DNA of 64,000 bases from Bryobacterales bacterium (lineage in GTDB: Bacteria; Acidobacteriota; Terriglobia; Bryobacterales; UBA6623), in NCBI GenBank assembly GCA_965226385.1, contig OZ245359.1, positions 2,315,301 to 2,379,300 on the forward strand, written 5' to 3'. The position numbers and the translations under genes are program-made. The notes under the pieces are model-generated. The model did no database searches, was not told the DNA's origin, and worked only from the letters and a program-made list of their open reading frames with translations. This document shows positions 29,253 through 39,558 of the stretch, piece by piece; the first letter of the stretch is position 1, and each line of letters starts with the position of its first letter.

Positions 29253-29440
29253 CGCCCGTTCCCAGTTGTCTCTTTATTGAAGCAAGTATGATTGTTCTTT
29301 AACGCTCAGTGGTCCTGAGAGTAAAGAAAGGCACCTGAAGACAGAAGCCCTGGAACTGGCGTCTGTTCTTCACAGCTGCTGTCTACTCACATCAATGTCT
29401 GAGTAAGCTCCCCTGCCTTGTTTGCTGATTACTTGAGGAT

Positions 29441-31450
29441 TTGAATTCCGTGTTGCTGACACTAGAAAGGCGCCTGCGAGAGGCCGTCTCCAAACACATC
29501 CAGGCACGCTACAACCTGCTGGTTGAGATCGTAATTGAGCTGCCCAGGCAATCTGTAATGGGCGATCTTGCATTACCGGTCAGCTTCAGCCTGGCCAAGC
29601 AACTGCGTCGCCCCCCGAGGGCAATTGCCCAGGAATTGGCGGCAGAGATTCCACCTGTATCTGGCATCCAGTCACTGGAGGTAGCCGGGGGCGGCTACCT
29701 GAACGCCCGTTTCGAGCGGGGGGTTTATGCTTCGGGGGTTCTTGCGAACATGGTGGAATCAGCTCATGATCCATCCAAGATTATCGTTGAGCACACCAAC
29801 ATCAATCCCAACAAGGCTGCCCATATCGGCCATCTGCGCAATGCAGTACTGGGAGACACCTTGGTGCGCATGCTGCGGGCACTTGGCCGTCAGGTAGAAG
29901 TACAGAACTACATCGATAACACCGGTGTGCAGGTAGCAGATGTCGTAGCCGCATTCCATTTCCTGAAGCAGATGAATCTGGAGCAGGTCCGGGCACTCGT
30001 TGATAATCCGGAAGTCCGCTTTGACTATTACTGCTGGGATCTGTATGCAGAGGTCTCGAAACATTTCATGGAACAGACAAGTTCGTTGCAATGGAGGGCC
30101 AGTACCCTGCTCGCTCTTGAGTCCGGAGAAGGAGAACTTGCACAGATTGGGGCCCTGGTTGCAGACGCCATTGTGGGTTGTCACCTGGACACCATGGAAC
30201 GTCTGGATGTGGCCTATGACCTGCTCCCTCGCGAGAGTGAGATTCTGCACCTGAAATTTTGGGATGCAGCATTCGAGTTGCTCAAGAAGAACAAGGCAAT
30301 CTACCTGGAAAGCCGGGGCAAGAACACGGGTTGCTGGGTGATGTCCGGAGAGATGTTCCGGCAGGACCAGGCGAGTGTTGAGCCAGGGGAATTGCAGGGG
30401 AGGGGTGTTGAAGATGATGAAGCTACTGCCATCACCAAAGTCATTGTGCGCTCGAACGGTACTGTGACCTATGTAGGCAAGGACATTGCTTACCAGCTCT
30501 GGAAATTCGGCCTGCTTGCAGGAAAAGATTTCAAGTACAGGAAATTCGAGCGGGCCCAAGGCGATGAACCGTGGATGAGCACAGTGGAGCATGGCTCGAC
30601 AGAATCCCCGGGTTTCGGTGCTGGCCAGGAAGTCTACAACGTCATTGATGTCCGTCAGTCGTATTTGCAGGATGTTGTGCGTGCCGGGCTCGAGGCACTG
30701 GGGTGCCATGAGCAAGCAGCCAGGAGCATTCATTTTTCCTATGAAATGGTGGCTTTGTCACCACAATGCTGTGCTGAACTTGGTATCGAGTTAACAGCAG
30801 AGGAACGAGCCAAGCCCTATGTCGAGGTCTCAGGGCGAAAAGGGTTGGGGGTGAAGGCGGATGATCTGCTGGATTTACTGGAACAGACAGCACTGGAAGA
30901 AGTGAGCAGCCGCCACGGTGATCTTCCTGAGGAAGAGCAGCGCGTGATTGCCAGGAAAATTGCGGTTGGGGCACTGCGTTACTTCATGTTGCGGTTTACT
31001 CGCAAAACCGTAATCGCATTCGACTTCCAGGAAGCTCTTGCCTTTGAGGGGGAAACTGGACCTTATGTTCAATATGCTGCAGTTCGAGCGAGGAACATTC
31101 TCAGGAAATACCAGGAAACAAAGGGATTGCTGGATCAGGTGATTGCACAACTTTCACCCGAGTTGCTGGCAGAGCAGTTTGCAGAGGAACAGTTGTGGCA
31201 GCTGGTCCTGACCATGTCGCAGACCCGGTGGATAATTGCACACAGCTTGGAATCTGGAGAGCCGGCACAAATTGCACGACATGCATTTCATACGGCGCAG
31301 ACTTTCAATCACTTTTACCACCAGAGCCATATCCTGACCGAAGAGGATCCCCGGAAGCAGGTTGTTCTACTGGCCTTGACTCAACTTGTTCTCAGGGAGT
31401 TGACGACTTTGATGCAAGTGATGGGGATGCCAGTCCCTGATCGAATGTGA
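29441..31450 (+). CDS. argS: Arginine--tRNA ligase
   Basis: EHTNINPNKAAHIGHLRNAVLGD (HIGH), SGRKG, FEGETGPYVQYA and C-terminal PDRM. Confidence 0.96.
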   Translation: MNSVLLTLERRLREAVSKHIQARYNLLVEIVIELPRQSVMGDLALPVSFSLAKQLRRPPRAIAQELAAEIPPVSGIQSLEVAGGGYLNARFERGVYASGVLANMVESAHDPSKIIVEHTNINPNKAAHIGHLRNAVLGDTLVRMLRALGRQVEVQNYIDNTGVQVADVVAAFHFLKQMNLEQVRALVDNPEVRFDYYCWDLYAEVSKHFMEQTSSLQWRASTLLALESGEGELAQIGALVADAIVGCHLDTMERLDVAYDLLPRESEILHLKFWDAAFELLKKNKAIYLESRGKNTGCWVMSGEMFRQDQASVEPGELQGRGVEDDEATAITKVIVRSNGTVTYVGKDIAYQLWKFGLLAGKDFKYRKFERAQGDEPWMSTVEHGSTESPGFGAGQEVYNVIDVRQSYLQDVVRAGLEALGCHEQAARSIHFSYEMVALSPQCCAELGIELTAEERAKPYVEVSGRKGLGVKADDLLDLLEQTALEEVSSRHGDLPEEEQRVIARKIAVGALRYFMLRFTRKTVIAFDFQEALAFEGETGPYVQYAAVRARNILRKYQETKGLLDQVIAQLSPELLAEQFAEEQLWQLVLTMSQTRWIIAHSLESGEPAQIARHAFHTAQTFNHFYHQSHILTEEDPRKQVVLLALTQLVLRELTTLMQVMGMPVPDRM

Positions 31451-31518
31451 TGATCGACTCCTCTGGAGGGGGCCTGTAGCAACGGCAGGTTACTACCGGC
31501 GTGCTAGATTCGAGAATT

Positions 31519-32658
31519 ATGCCTAGTCGTGCAACTATCTGCCTGGACGCAATTGGCAATAACTACAAGAAATTACTGTCCCTGACAGGGAACCGGCGCA
31601 GGATCCTCTGTATTGTCAAGGCAGATGCTTACGGCCATGGTGCCGGACCCGTCTGCCTCAAGCTGAGTCAAAGTGGAGCCAGGGATTTTGCTGTCGCAAC
31701 CATGCGTGAAGCAATGCAACTTCGGGATGCTGGCATAGCAGAAAAAATCATTGTCATTGAAGGCATTGAGCCCTACCTGGAGGAGGAGGCCATAAACCAC
31801 GACTTTGTACCGATGGTGAGTACCAGGGAGCAATTGCTGCGATGGAACAATGCCGGCCGAATCAGGGATTACAAGTTGCCATGTCAGCTGCTTTTCAATA
31901 CCGGGATGAACAGGCTGGGTATCGACTTTGTACCTGACCAGGAATCAAAAGGTATTTCGATTCTGGAGGCTCTGGCAGGATGCAAGTGGATTGATGTGGA
32001 GGGTGTGGCAACACATTTCGCCTCTGCGGAAGATCTCAGCACGGGTCAGACAAGCCAGCAAAGCAATCTTTTCGTGAGACAACTGGCCGCACTAAGAGCT
32101 GCTGGTTTTCGACCAAAACACATCCATGTGTCGAACAGTGCAGCGATCGTGCATCATGGCATGGAATCTTTACAGGCAGAAAAAGAATGCACAATGGTAC
32201 GCGCAGGATTGGCATTGTACGGTTATGTCAACCCTGCATCCACAACCCTGCTCCAGCAGGCGACTCCTTTTACTCCTGCTCTTGAATGGCATGCTCCCCT
32301 GCTTGATATCAAGGACGTGCCACAAGGCTCATTCCTGGGATACGGGGCAACTTTCGAGGCACCGAGACCGATGCGGATCGGGGTCCTGAAAGTCGGCTAT
32401 GCGGATGGACTCGACTGGCGTCTCTCAAACCGGGGGATGGTCAGTCTTGATAATGTGATTTGCAAGATAGTCGGTCAGATCAGCATGGATCTGACACTTG
32501 TGGACCTCAGTGAAGTCGAGAATCCGAAAATTGGGAATGAAGCCATGTTGTTAGGTAGTGAACCCTACAATGCACAGGGTATGGCCGATCTGATAGGAAC
32601 TGTTCCATATGCCGTGCTCTGTGGGATCAGAAATCGGGTTGAAAGGGTTTACGAGTAA
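31519..32658 (+). CDS. alr: Alanine racemase
   Basis: IVKADAYGHGA, NTGMNRLG, THFASA, GYADG and GQISMD. Confidence 0.95.
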   Translation: MPSRATICLDAIGNNYKKLLSLTGNRRRILCIVKADAYGHGAGPVCLKLSQSGARDFAVATMREAMQLRDAGIAEKIIVIEGIEPYLEEEAINHDFVPMVSTREQLLRWNNAGRIRDYKLPCQLLFNTGMNRLGIDFVPDQESKGISILEALAGCKWIDVEGVATHFASAEDLSTGQTSQQSNLFVRQLAALRAAGFRPKHIHVSNSAAIVHHGMESLQAEKECTMVRAGLALYGYVNPASTTLLQQATPFTPALEWHAPLLDIKDVPQGSFLGYGATFEAPRPMRIGVLKVGYADGLDWRLSNRGMVSLDNVICKIVGQISMDLTLVDLSEVENPKIGNEAMLLGSEPYNAQGMADLIGTVPYAVLCGIRNRVERVYE

Positions 32659-32662
32659 GGCT

Positions 32663-34648
32663 CTACTGAGTGAGAAACAGGCGGACCTGGTTGCTTGTCC
32701 GGCCCGCGGCTGACAGGCTGAGCAGGCCGTTGCCTGTTGCAGTATCCGTCGGCATTTCCACTTCCACAACATATATTCCGATGTAACCGCTAGCCAGGTG
32801 GGACGAAAGGACTGGTACGGGTTTGTTGTCCAGTCGGGCGCTGACAGGTGCTATCGGTTGCGGTGGATCCTGCTGTGGCGCCGGAGTGCCAGCCAGCCAT
32901 GGAGGATTGACCTGTCCCAAACCGGTAGCCATAACCAGGATACTGCTACCTGACCTGGCAGGATGGCTCCAATCGACCAGAGTGCCTGTAGCTGCATGCA
33001 GAATTAATGGCTCACCCGAGATGACGAAGATTCCAGGCGAGACATGATCAAAAGGCAAGTTGAGAACCTGCTGACTGTCACTGGACTCAAGAAGCAATTG
33101 AATTGAGGGACCAGATAGCGTGAATGGCAATTGCAACTGTGTCTGTCCCTGGCCGGAATCGAGGATCGGTGCCATTATTCCACCGGCAGTGGCACGCTCG
33201 GCATCAAAACCGACAATGGTCAACAGGCTGCCTGGGGCTGTAGGACGGATGGCAAGGTCTGCAGAACTGAGTGCCTGCAGTGCCTGCTCAGCCTGGGGAA
33301 CCCGCATCCAGTGAATACCGTAGCCAGGAAGAGATGCGTAAAGGCGACCACGCAGGGGGTCAACGGCCAAGTCTTGCACGGAACTTGACGGCAAGTCGCC
33401 AGTGATGTTGATCCAGCTTCCGGCCGGGCCGAGTTGGTCGAGTTCAACTTGTGAGTAATAGACTCCGCTAGCACTACCGACATAGACTGTGTTTGCTTCA
33501 GGCTGTCCTGTCACCGAGGTCCATTGATGGACTGGAAGATTTGAGCTGATATCAAGCCAGGAAGAGCCGCCGTTAGTGGTTTGCAGCACTTTGTTGCCAG
33601 CAATGGCAAGTGAGGACAAAGGTTGTTCCGGGTTGACCCAAATGCTTTTAATGCTTTCCCCGAATGGATCACTCCATGACTGCAGCCAGGTACTTTCGGT
33701 ATCCCGTAAAACCCAGATTCGCCCGTCGGATGTTCCAGCCCAGACTTGATCATGAACAGCCAGGGCTGTGATTGTGTGTTGGCCAGGGTTGTCGCAACCC
33801 GCTTCATCACCGCAGTCTGTCAGGTCGCCCGAGATAGGGTTTCCGTTACGCCAGACCCGGTAAGAAACCGCATAGCCAGCAGGAAGCAGTGGTTCCGGTT
33901 GACTGCTGCGAGTACGCTCCGGTGCTGTTAGTTGCAGCGAAGCAGGAGGGGAACTCTCCACCAGGTGCCAGACTAATCCACCGGCAGTTTGGATAAGCTC
34001 GAAACGTTCCTGCCATGAAGATTCAAGTTGAACCCTGTAAGGGGCCTGGACCTGCCGAAAACGTGTTGAGGGGAAGTTGGCCAGTGTGTCGTTCAGACTG
34101 TCCCACGTGATTCCGGCATCAAAGGATTTCCAGATGCCCCGGGAATTGCCAACGACAATCAGGTCAGGGTTGTTGGGGGCAATTGCCAGGGTCTTCTGCC
34201 AGCGGCCGATCAGTGAGCCGTTTCCAAAAGCGGTCAGGTTCATCCACTCCCCGCCATTGTCTATTGATTGGTAAAGATGTTCGCCCAGTGCATAGATGAC
34301 GTGGCTGCGGTAAGGATCCTGCACCAGGATGGTATCGCCGGAGATTGTTGTGGATTGGGTGACAGGTTCAGGGACAAAGCCTGCTGCAGGCTGCCATGAC
34401 ATTCCCAAGTCACTCGTTGCCCATACTTCACCACTCTCAATACGAGCGTACAAGTGTTGCGAGTCAGCAGAAAACCAGACTCTGTCAACGCTGTTGCCAG
34501 CCAGCCCCGCAAGGCCAAGGTCGATCGAGGTACCGCCAAGCTGTTGCCAGTTCGGCTCGTACAGTTGCGCAACTGCAGTATCCGGAAATACACCCATTAC
34601 GCCGGCTGCAAGCAGCATGAGGATACGGGTGCTGCTTAAAATGAGCAA
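32663..34648 (-). CDS. Exported beta-propeller (BNR/Asp-box) protein with Solibacter-type C-terminal domain
   Basis: Signal peptide and Asp boxes (SIDNGGEW, SFDAGITW, TTNGGSSW). C-terminal APGSLLTIVG, PGIF, PARSGSSILVMATGLG and GIYVVEVEMP resemble the TIGR03437-type domain. Confidence 0.75.
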   Translation of the reverse strand: MLILSSTRILMLLAAGVMGVFPDTAVAQLYEPNWQQLGGTSIDLGLAGLAGNSVDRVWFSADSQHLYARIESGEVWATSDLGMSWQPAAGFVPEPVTQSTTISGDTILVQDPYRSHVIYALGEHLYQSIDNGGEWMNLTAFGNGSLIGRWQKTLAIAPNNPDLIVVGNSRGIWKSFDAGITWDSLNDTLANFPSTRFRQVQAPYRVQLESSWQERFELIQTAGGLVWHLVESSPPASLQLTAPERTRSSQPEPLLPAGYAVSYRVWRNGNPISGDLTDCGDEAGCDNPGQHTITALAVHDQVWAGTSDGRIWVLRDTESTWLQSWSDPFGESIKSIWVNPEQPLSSLAIAGNKVLQTTNGGSSWLDISSNLPVHQWTSVTGQPEANTVYVGSASGVYYSQVELDQLGPAGSWINITGDLPSSSVQDLAVDPLRGRLYASLPGYGIHWMRVPQAEQALQALSSADLAIRPTAPGSLLTIVGFDAERATAGGIMAPILDSGQGQTQLQLPFTLSGPSIQLLLESSDSQQVLNLPFDHVSPGIFVISGEPLILHAATGTLVDWSHPARSGSSILVMATGLGQVNPPWLAGTPAPQQDPPQPIAPVSARLDNKPVPVLSSHLASGYIGIYVVEVEMPTDTATGNGLLSLSAAGRTSNQVRLFLTQ

Positions 34649-34798
34649 AATCCGGCTGTAACCCCTTCTGTCAGTTTAGCTTGAAAAGGCTTTTTCAGCC
34701 TTCCCGTGAGAGGTTGCAGACACAGTCTGCAGGGTTCTGGAGCATCCTCCGGGCAACTTTGGGGGCAGTGCGGGAAATACTTGCGTACAATGGTGCGG

Positions 34799-35683
34799 AT
34801 GCAGACGAAACGAGCTACAACTTGTGTCGCAGTGCTGATTGGCTGCCTGGGATGCAGTAGCGATAACACTCCCATTGTCGATAGCACAAGGATGATCCTG
34901 ATAAAGGGTGGCGAGTTCAGGATGGGCACCGATGACGGCTTTCCATATGAAGGTCCTCCACACCGGGTCGAACTGGATTCCTTTTACCTGGACGAGCATG
35001 AAGTGACGAACAGGCAATATGCACTGTTCGCGAAAGCAACGGGCTATCAGACGGAGTCTGAAAAGCTTGGCTGGTCCGGTATCTTTGATCCATCGAAAAT
35101 GAGCTGGACGAAGGGGGATGGATCTGACTGGCGTCATCCGGAAGGACCCGATTCCTCTCACACCGAGATCCCGGACTACCCGGTTGTACACCTTTCCTGG
35201 AATGATGCAGATGCTTACTGCGATTGGCGGGGTGCCAGGCTCCCTACGGAAGCGGAGTTCGAATACGTTGTCCGGGGTGGACTGAAGGGAGCAAAATATG
35301 CCTGGGGTGATGAGCTGACTCCGAACGGAGTACATCGTGCCAACTTATGGCAGGGGCACTTCCCTGATGAGGATCAGTCCAGGGATGGCTATAGCAATTA
35401 TGGCCCTGTGAAACAGTTTCCCGCCAACCCTTACGGAGTCTATGATTTGACAGGAAATGTCTGGGAGTGGGTGCATGACTGGTACTCTCCGACATACTTT
35501 CAAAGCTCACCGACCCGGAACCCGAGAGGACCGGCAGAAGGGGATCAGAAGGTTCAGCGTGGGGGCAGCTGGCTCTGCAGCGAGAATTACTGTCAGGGCT
35601 ACAGGGTGTCTGCCAGGATGATGACGGCTCCCGATTCCGGGCTCAACAACCTTGGCTTTCGTTGTGCAGGATACGTCGAATAG
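34799..35683 (+). CDS. Formylglycine-generating enzyme (FGE/SUMF1) family protein
   Basis: GGEFRMG, HEVTN, PVVHLSWNDA, RLPTEAEFEY, GNVWEW, RGGSWLCSENYC (both active-site Cys) and GFRC. Confidence 0.92.
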   Translation: MQTKRATTCVAVLIGCLGCSSDNTPIVDSTRMILIKGGEFRMGTDDGFPYEGPPHRVELDSFYLDEHEVTNRQYALFAKATGYQTESEKLGWSGIFDPSKMSWTKGDGSDWRHPEGPDSSHTEIPDYPVVHLSWNDADAYCDWRGARLPTEAEFEYVVRGGLKGAKYAWGDELTPNGVHRANLWQGHFPDEDQSRDGYSNYGPVKQFPANPYGVYDLTGNVWEWVHDWYSPTYFQSSPTRNPRGPAEGDQKVQRGGSWLCSENYCQGYRVSARMMTAPDSGLNNLGFRCAGYVE

Positions 35684-35725
35684 GTTTTGAGCTCCGACCT
35701 GCCAGATCAGGCAAGAGTCGATTGA

Positions 35726-37150
35726 TTATCTTGAGTTGCGTGAGAACTGCATTTTCAGCAGCGGCGGTGTTACCAGGGTTGTCAGCATGACCATGGCAAC
35801 GATGGCAGAAAATGTCGTGTTGTTGAAAATTGCCTCCCCGCTAACCGTGGCTGATATCCCAACACCGGCGAAAATCAGGCCGACCTCTCCGCGAGGAATC
35901 ATGCCAATGCCCACGACCCAACGATTGATGCCCTTTTCCACGACACCCAGCGAACAGACCTGTTTGCTGATTATCGCGACGAAACTGAGTGCTGCTGCAA
36001 ACAGCAGTACCTGACTCGATCCAAATGAAGTGATATCGACCTGCAGACCCATGTGAACAAAGAAGATGGGGATGAAGACTGCGCTTAGGGGATTGAGCAT
36101 GCTCTCGTATTTGCTTTTTTTCTCCCGTTGGAATATATCCCTGTCCTGATCATGTCCAAATTGTCTTGTAATGGCCTCATCAATCACTAGCCCGGCTGTG
36201 AATGCACCAATAATTGCAGCCAACCCGATCAATTCCGCCAGTGCAGACATCAGAAAGCAGTAGATGATGCTGGTGACAACTGGCATGGAGTGGACTTTAG
36301 CCCGCTGCACCAGTCGGATCAGGGGACCTGATATCAGGCGTCCGACCACGATTGATCCCACCAGAAAGCTGATTGCCTTCAGCAGGATGATGAACATTGG
36401 CAGGTAGGATATTTCCGTTGAGCCTGTGGTGTCGACGTTGCGAACAATCCCCAGGACGAAAGCCAGGACGATCAATCCCAGAATGTCGTCGACAACGGCA
36501 GCTCCCATGATGATGCGGGCTTCGAGGGTTCTCATTTTTTCGAGATCCTTGAGAACCCGGGCAGTGATACCCACGCTGGTTGCGGCTAAGGTTGCCCCGA
36601 CGAACAGGTGAACATACCAGGCTGTTTCCGCGCCCAGGAAATAAGATGAAACGAAATACCCCAGCAGAATGGGGGTAACAACTCCCAGCAGTGCTACACC
36701 CAGTGCCGAGCGACGAACTGCCAGTAGCTCGTTGAGGTCACTATCCAGGCCCACTTCAAAGAGCAGCAGGATCACACCTATTTCTGCAGCTATAACCAGA
36801 AAACCATCGGTTTTCATCGCTTCGAAAAATGGGAACCCGAACAGGTTGAGATTGCCCAGAACAATACCGAACAGCAGCTCTCCCAGAACAGCGGATTGAT
36901 TGAGTCGTTCAAACAGTTCGCCACCGATTTTGGCTGCAACAAGAATCACTACGAGATCCAGCAGGAAACTTGTGATGACACTCATGTGTCCACCATCCCC
37001 CAAATCGGCACTCCATGCATTAGTGATGAGCGCTGGCAGCAGGAGAGTTGCCAGCAGCAGGGGACGGGTTTTCAATAATCTTCTAAAAAATCTGATGATG
37101 CTCATGGAGCCTTGTCCGTTTCGGATTGTGTTCTTTGGAAAGTGATCCAC
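35726..37150 (-). CDS. Cation:proton antiporter (CPA2, Na+/H+)
   Basis: VLGELLFGIVLG, LLFEVGL, ATSVGITARVL, GAAVVDD and GMIPRGEVGLI. Start uncertain. Confidence 0.92.
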   Translation of the reverse strand: MDHFPKNTIRNGQGSMSIIRFFRRLLKTRPLLLATLLLPALITNAWSADLGDGGHMSVITSFLLDLVVILVAAKIGGELFERLNQSAVLGELLFGIVLGNLNLFGFPFFEAMKTDGFLVIAAEIGVILLLFEVGLDSDLNELLAVRRSALGVALLGVVTPILLGYFVSSYFLGAETAWYVHLFVGATLAATSVGITARVLKDLEKMRTLEARIIMGAAVVDDILGLIVLAFVLGIVRNVDTTGSTEISYLPMFIILLKAISFLVGSIVVGRLISGPLIRLVQRAKVHSMPVVTSIIYCFLMSALAELIGLAAIIGAFTAGLVIDEAITRQFGHDQDRDIFQREKKSKYESMLNPLSAVFIPIFFVHMGLQVDITSFGSSQVLLFAAALSFVAIISKQVCSLGVVEKGINRWVVGIGMIPRGEVGLIFAGVGISATVSGEAIFNNTTFSAIVAMVMLTTLVTPPLLKMQFSRNSR

Positions 37151-37283
37151 TTTTTAGTCAGGGCCTGCGGACAGTTCTGACAAGTGAATTGAGAACGGGG
37201 GATACAGTTCTTATATTGTCAGAACCTGATGAGTGGCCGAAACAACGATCGCTTCCAATGAGCTTCCGTGTTTATTGTCAAGC

Positions 37284-37600
37284 TCAATTGCAGTCCGCCC
37301 AAGATGTTCGGGTCCCACTCTCGCGGATTTCGAAACTACGGTACTGAACCCCGGAATTGCCACCGTCGATCATGAACTTGCACCTGAACTCGAAGCCATC
37401 TACGGCGCCTTCATGCCCACGAGGAAGGAACTCGCGGGAATTGGGTCGTCTGTGGTCGTACGGACTACGATCGCGCGTCCTCCACGCTCCAGATCCTGGG
37501 GGTTCCTTCAGTGAGACGCCGTTGAAAATTGGCACGAAGTGCCCCGCTGACTCCGCAGCCGATAGTGCTAGGAGCCCGCCAGGGCATGCGCACTCCGGCA
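37284..37600 (-). pseudogene. DUF1080 (3-keto-disaccharide hydrolase-like) gene remnant
   Basis: Frameshifted fragments FVPIFNGVSL, RIWSVEDA and FEFRCKFMIDGGNSGVQYRS. Confidence 0.7.
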
Positions 37601-37863
37601 ACTTCTTTACAATCGCCATCGACCGATGGCACTAGGATTGGAAACGCCTCCCCGACTTCGGGAGGATCGCGTGTCAAACCCCTGCGCCCACGAATCAGTG
37701 GACGACGAGCAAACAGTAAGCAAACCGCCCCCTCTCAAGGCCGTAATGTGGGCCGACTTTCCATCAGCGAAGTTGGTTCGAACCAGTTTCCAATGTGAGC
37801 CCACGCGGCTGAAATCGGAGCTGCACGGTTACTCTGGATAAAGCATTGATCCTGGTTTCAGGA

Positions 37864-39279
37864 TCAGGCAAGATGCATCACAACCATCTTGGTTTCCGTC
37901 ATTTCCTGAACGGCGTAGCGCGGGCCTTCCTTGCCGAAGCCGCTTTCCTTCAGACCGCCATAGGGCATCAGGTCTGCACGCCACTGGGTTCCCCAGTTGA
38001 TGTGGATATTCCCGGATTCGACTTCCCTGGCGAAACGCATGGCGTTGTCAAGGTTCTCTGTGAAGACAGCAGCGGAAAGTCCGTAATTAGTGTTGTTCGC
38101 ACTGGCGATTGCCTCGTCGAAAGACTCGAATCGTGTCAGGCCAACAGCAGGGCCAAAAAGCTCGTCGCATGAGATCTGCATCTTACTGTCTACGTCTGCA
38201 ACGATGGCAGGTTCCACAATAGATCGATCGCGTGAGCCACCTGTGATCAAGCGGGCACCGTTGCTGGCAGCATTCCGGATCCATTTCTCGACGCGAATAG
38301 CATCATCTTCACGAACCATTGGGCCGACTCTAACCCCTTCATCCAAGGGATTTCCGGTTTGCAGGGACTCGACCTTCGGGGTGATGCAATCCAGCAGGTC
38401 ACCATAGACTTTTTCGTGAGTCAGGATTCGCTGGGCGCTGATGCAGACTTGCCCGGCATTTGAATAGCCAGTTGCGACGATTGCCCGTGCTGCTTTCTCG
38501 ATATCAGCATCAGGCAAAACGATAACAGGAGAGTTGCTGCCCAGCTCCATGGTTACCTTCTTAAGCCCTGCCATACGGCATATGCTCTCGCCGACATCCC
38601 GACTGCCGGTGAAGCTGATCTTGCGGATTCGCGGGTCTGCACACAGTGCCGCGCCGACATCACTGCCAGATCCGGTTACGACCTGGATCGATTCCGGAGG
38701 AAGTCCTGCATCCAGCAGTAGTTTTGCAAACTTCAGTGCAACAAGTGGTGTGTCTGTCGCCGGTTTCAGGATGGTGCTGTTACCTGCAGCAATAGCCGGC
38801 CCGACCTTGTGACAGACAAGATTGAGTGGAAAGTTGAACGGTGTTATGGCCAACACGACACCGCAGGGGACACGCAGAGTAAACCCAAACCGGTTGCCGG
38901 TTCCCGGAGCTCCGTCCAGAGGCACAACTTCGGATCCAAGTCTCTTGGCTTCCTCTGCAGAGCAGACTATGGTTTCGCGGGCACGGTCAACCTCAAAGCG
39001 GGATTCAGCGAGGATCTTGCCTTCTTCCATGCTGATGGTACGTGCCAGATCTTCAAACCGTTCCTGCATCAGTCCGGCAGCCTTCATCAGCAACTGGGAG
39101 CGTTCGTAGCCTGAGGTTGACTTCAGCTTGCGGGCACCCTCGACTGCGTAGCTCACGGCCCGGTCCGCATCATCGTGTGTACCGCGGGGGACAGTATCGA
39201 TTTCACTTCCGTCGTATGGGTTAATGACTGGAATGGATCCAGACCCTTCGACCCAGTCACCGGCAATCAGCATTTGCAT
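37864..39279 (-). CDS. Aldehyde dehydrogenase family protein
   Basis: ITPFNFP, SFTGS, MELGSNSP, NAGQVCIS, ELFGP and PYGGLKESGFGKEG. Confidence 0.95.
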   Translation of the reverse strand: MQMLIAGDWVEGSGSIPVINPYDGSEIDTVPRGTHDDADRAVSYAVEGARKLKSTSGYERSQLLMKAAGLMQERFEDLARTISMEEGKILAESRFEVDRARETIVCSAEEAKRLGSEVVPLDGAPGTGNRFGFTLRVPCGVVLAITPFNFPLNLVCHKVGPAIAAGNSTILKPATDTPLVALKFAKLLLDAGLPPESIQVVTGSGSDVGAALCADPRIRKISFTGSRDVGESICRMAGLKKVTMELGSNSPVIVLPDADIEKAARAIVATGYSNAGQVCISAQRILTHEKVYGDLLDCITPKVESLQTGNPLDEGVRVGPMVREDDAIRVEKWIRNAASNGARLITGGSRDRSIVEPAIVADVDSKMQISCDELFGPAVGLTRFESFDEAIASANNTNYGLSAAVFTENLDNAMRFAREVESGNIHINWGTQWRADLMPYGGLKESGFGKEGPRYAVQEMTETKMVVMHLA

Positions 39280-39558
39280 GGGTTCTCTCCTCAGTTGGCC
39301 TGCGGATCACGGCATCTGCCAGATTCCACTCTAGCGAACATTTTTAAATTCTTTTGCGATTCAGAGAAATTGTCAGATAAGCAATTATCGTGCAAGCGGA
39401 CAAAGGGGTACAATCACAGATTCAAAAGTCTGCAATTTGACTTGTCGTTATAGTCTGGATGGTATTGCGAGAGACGGACGAATGCACTATCCCTTTTACT
39501 TCATAAGGTTTCGCTCTGGTCTTCTTTCTGAGCGAACAATCCCAAGGCTAAGGATCGC

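Noticed and set aside
29343-29359. Partial match GAAGCCCTG..ACTGG to the putative TnpB guide of copy 1
   Set aside because: Short, gapped and lacking the guide's 5' seed, so compatible with chance.
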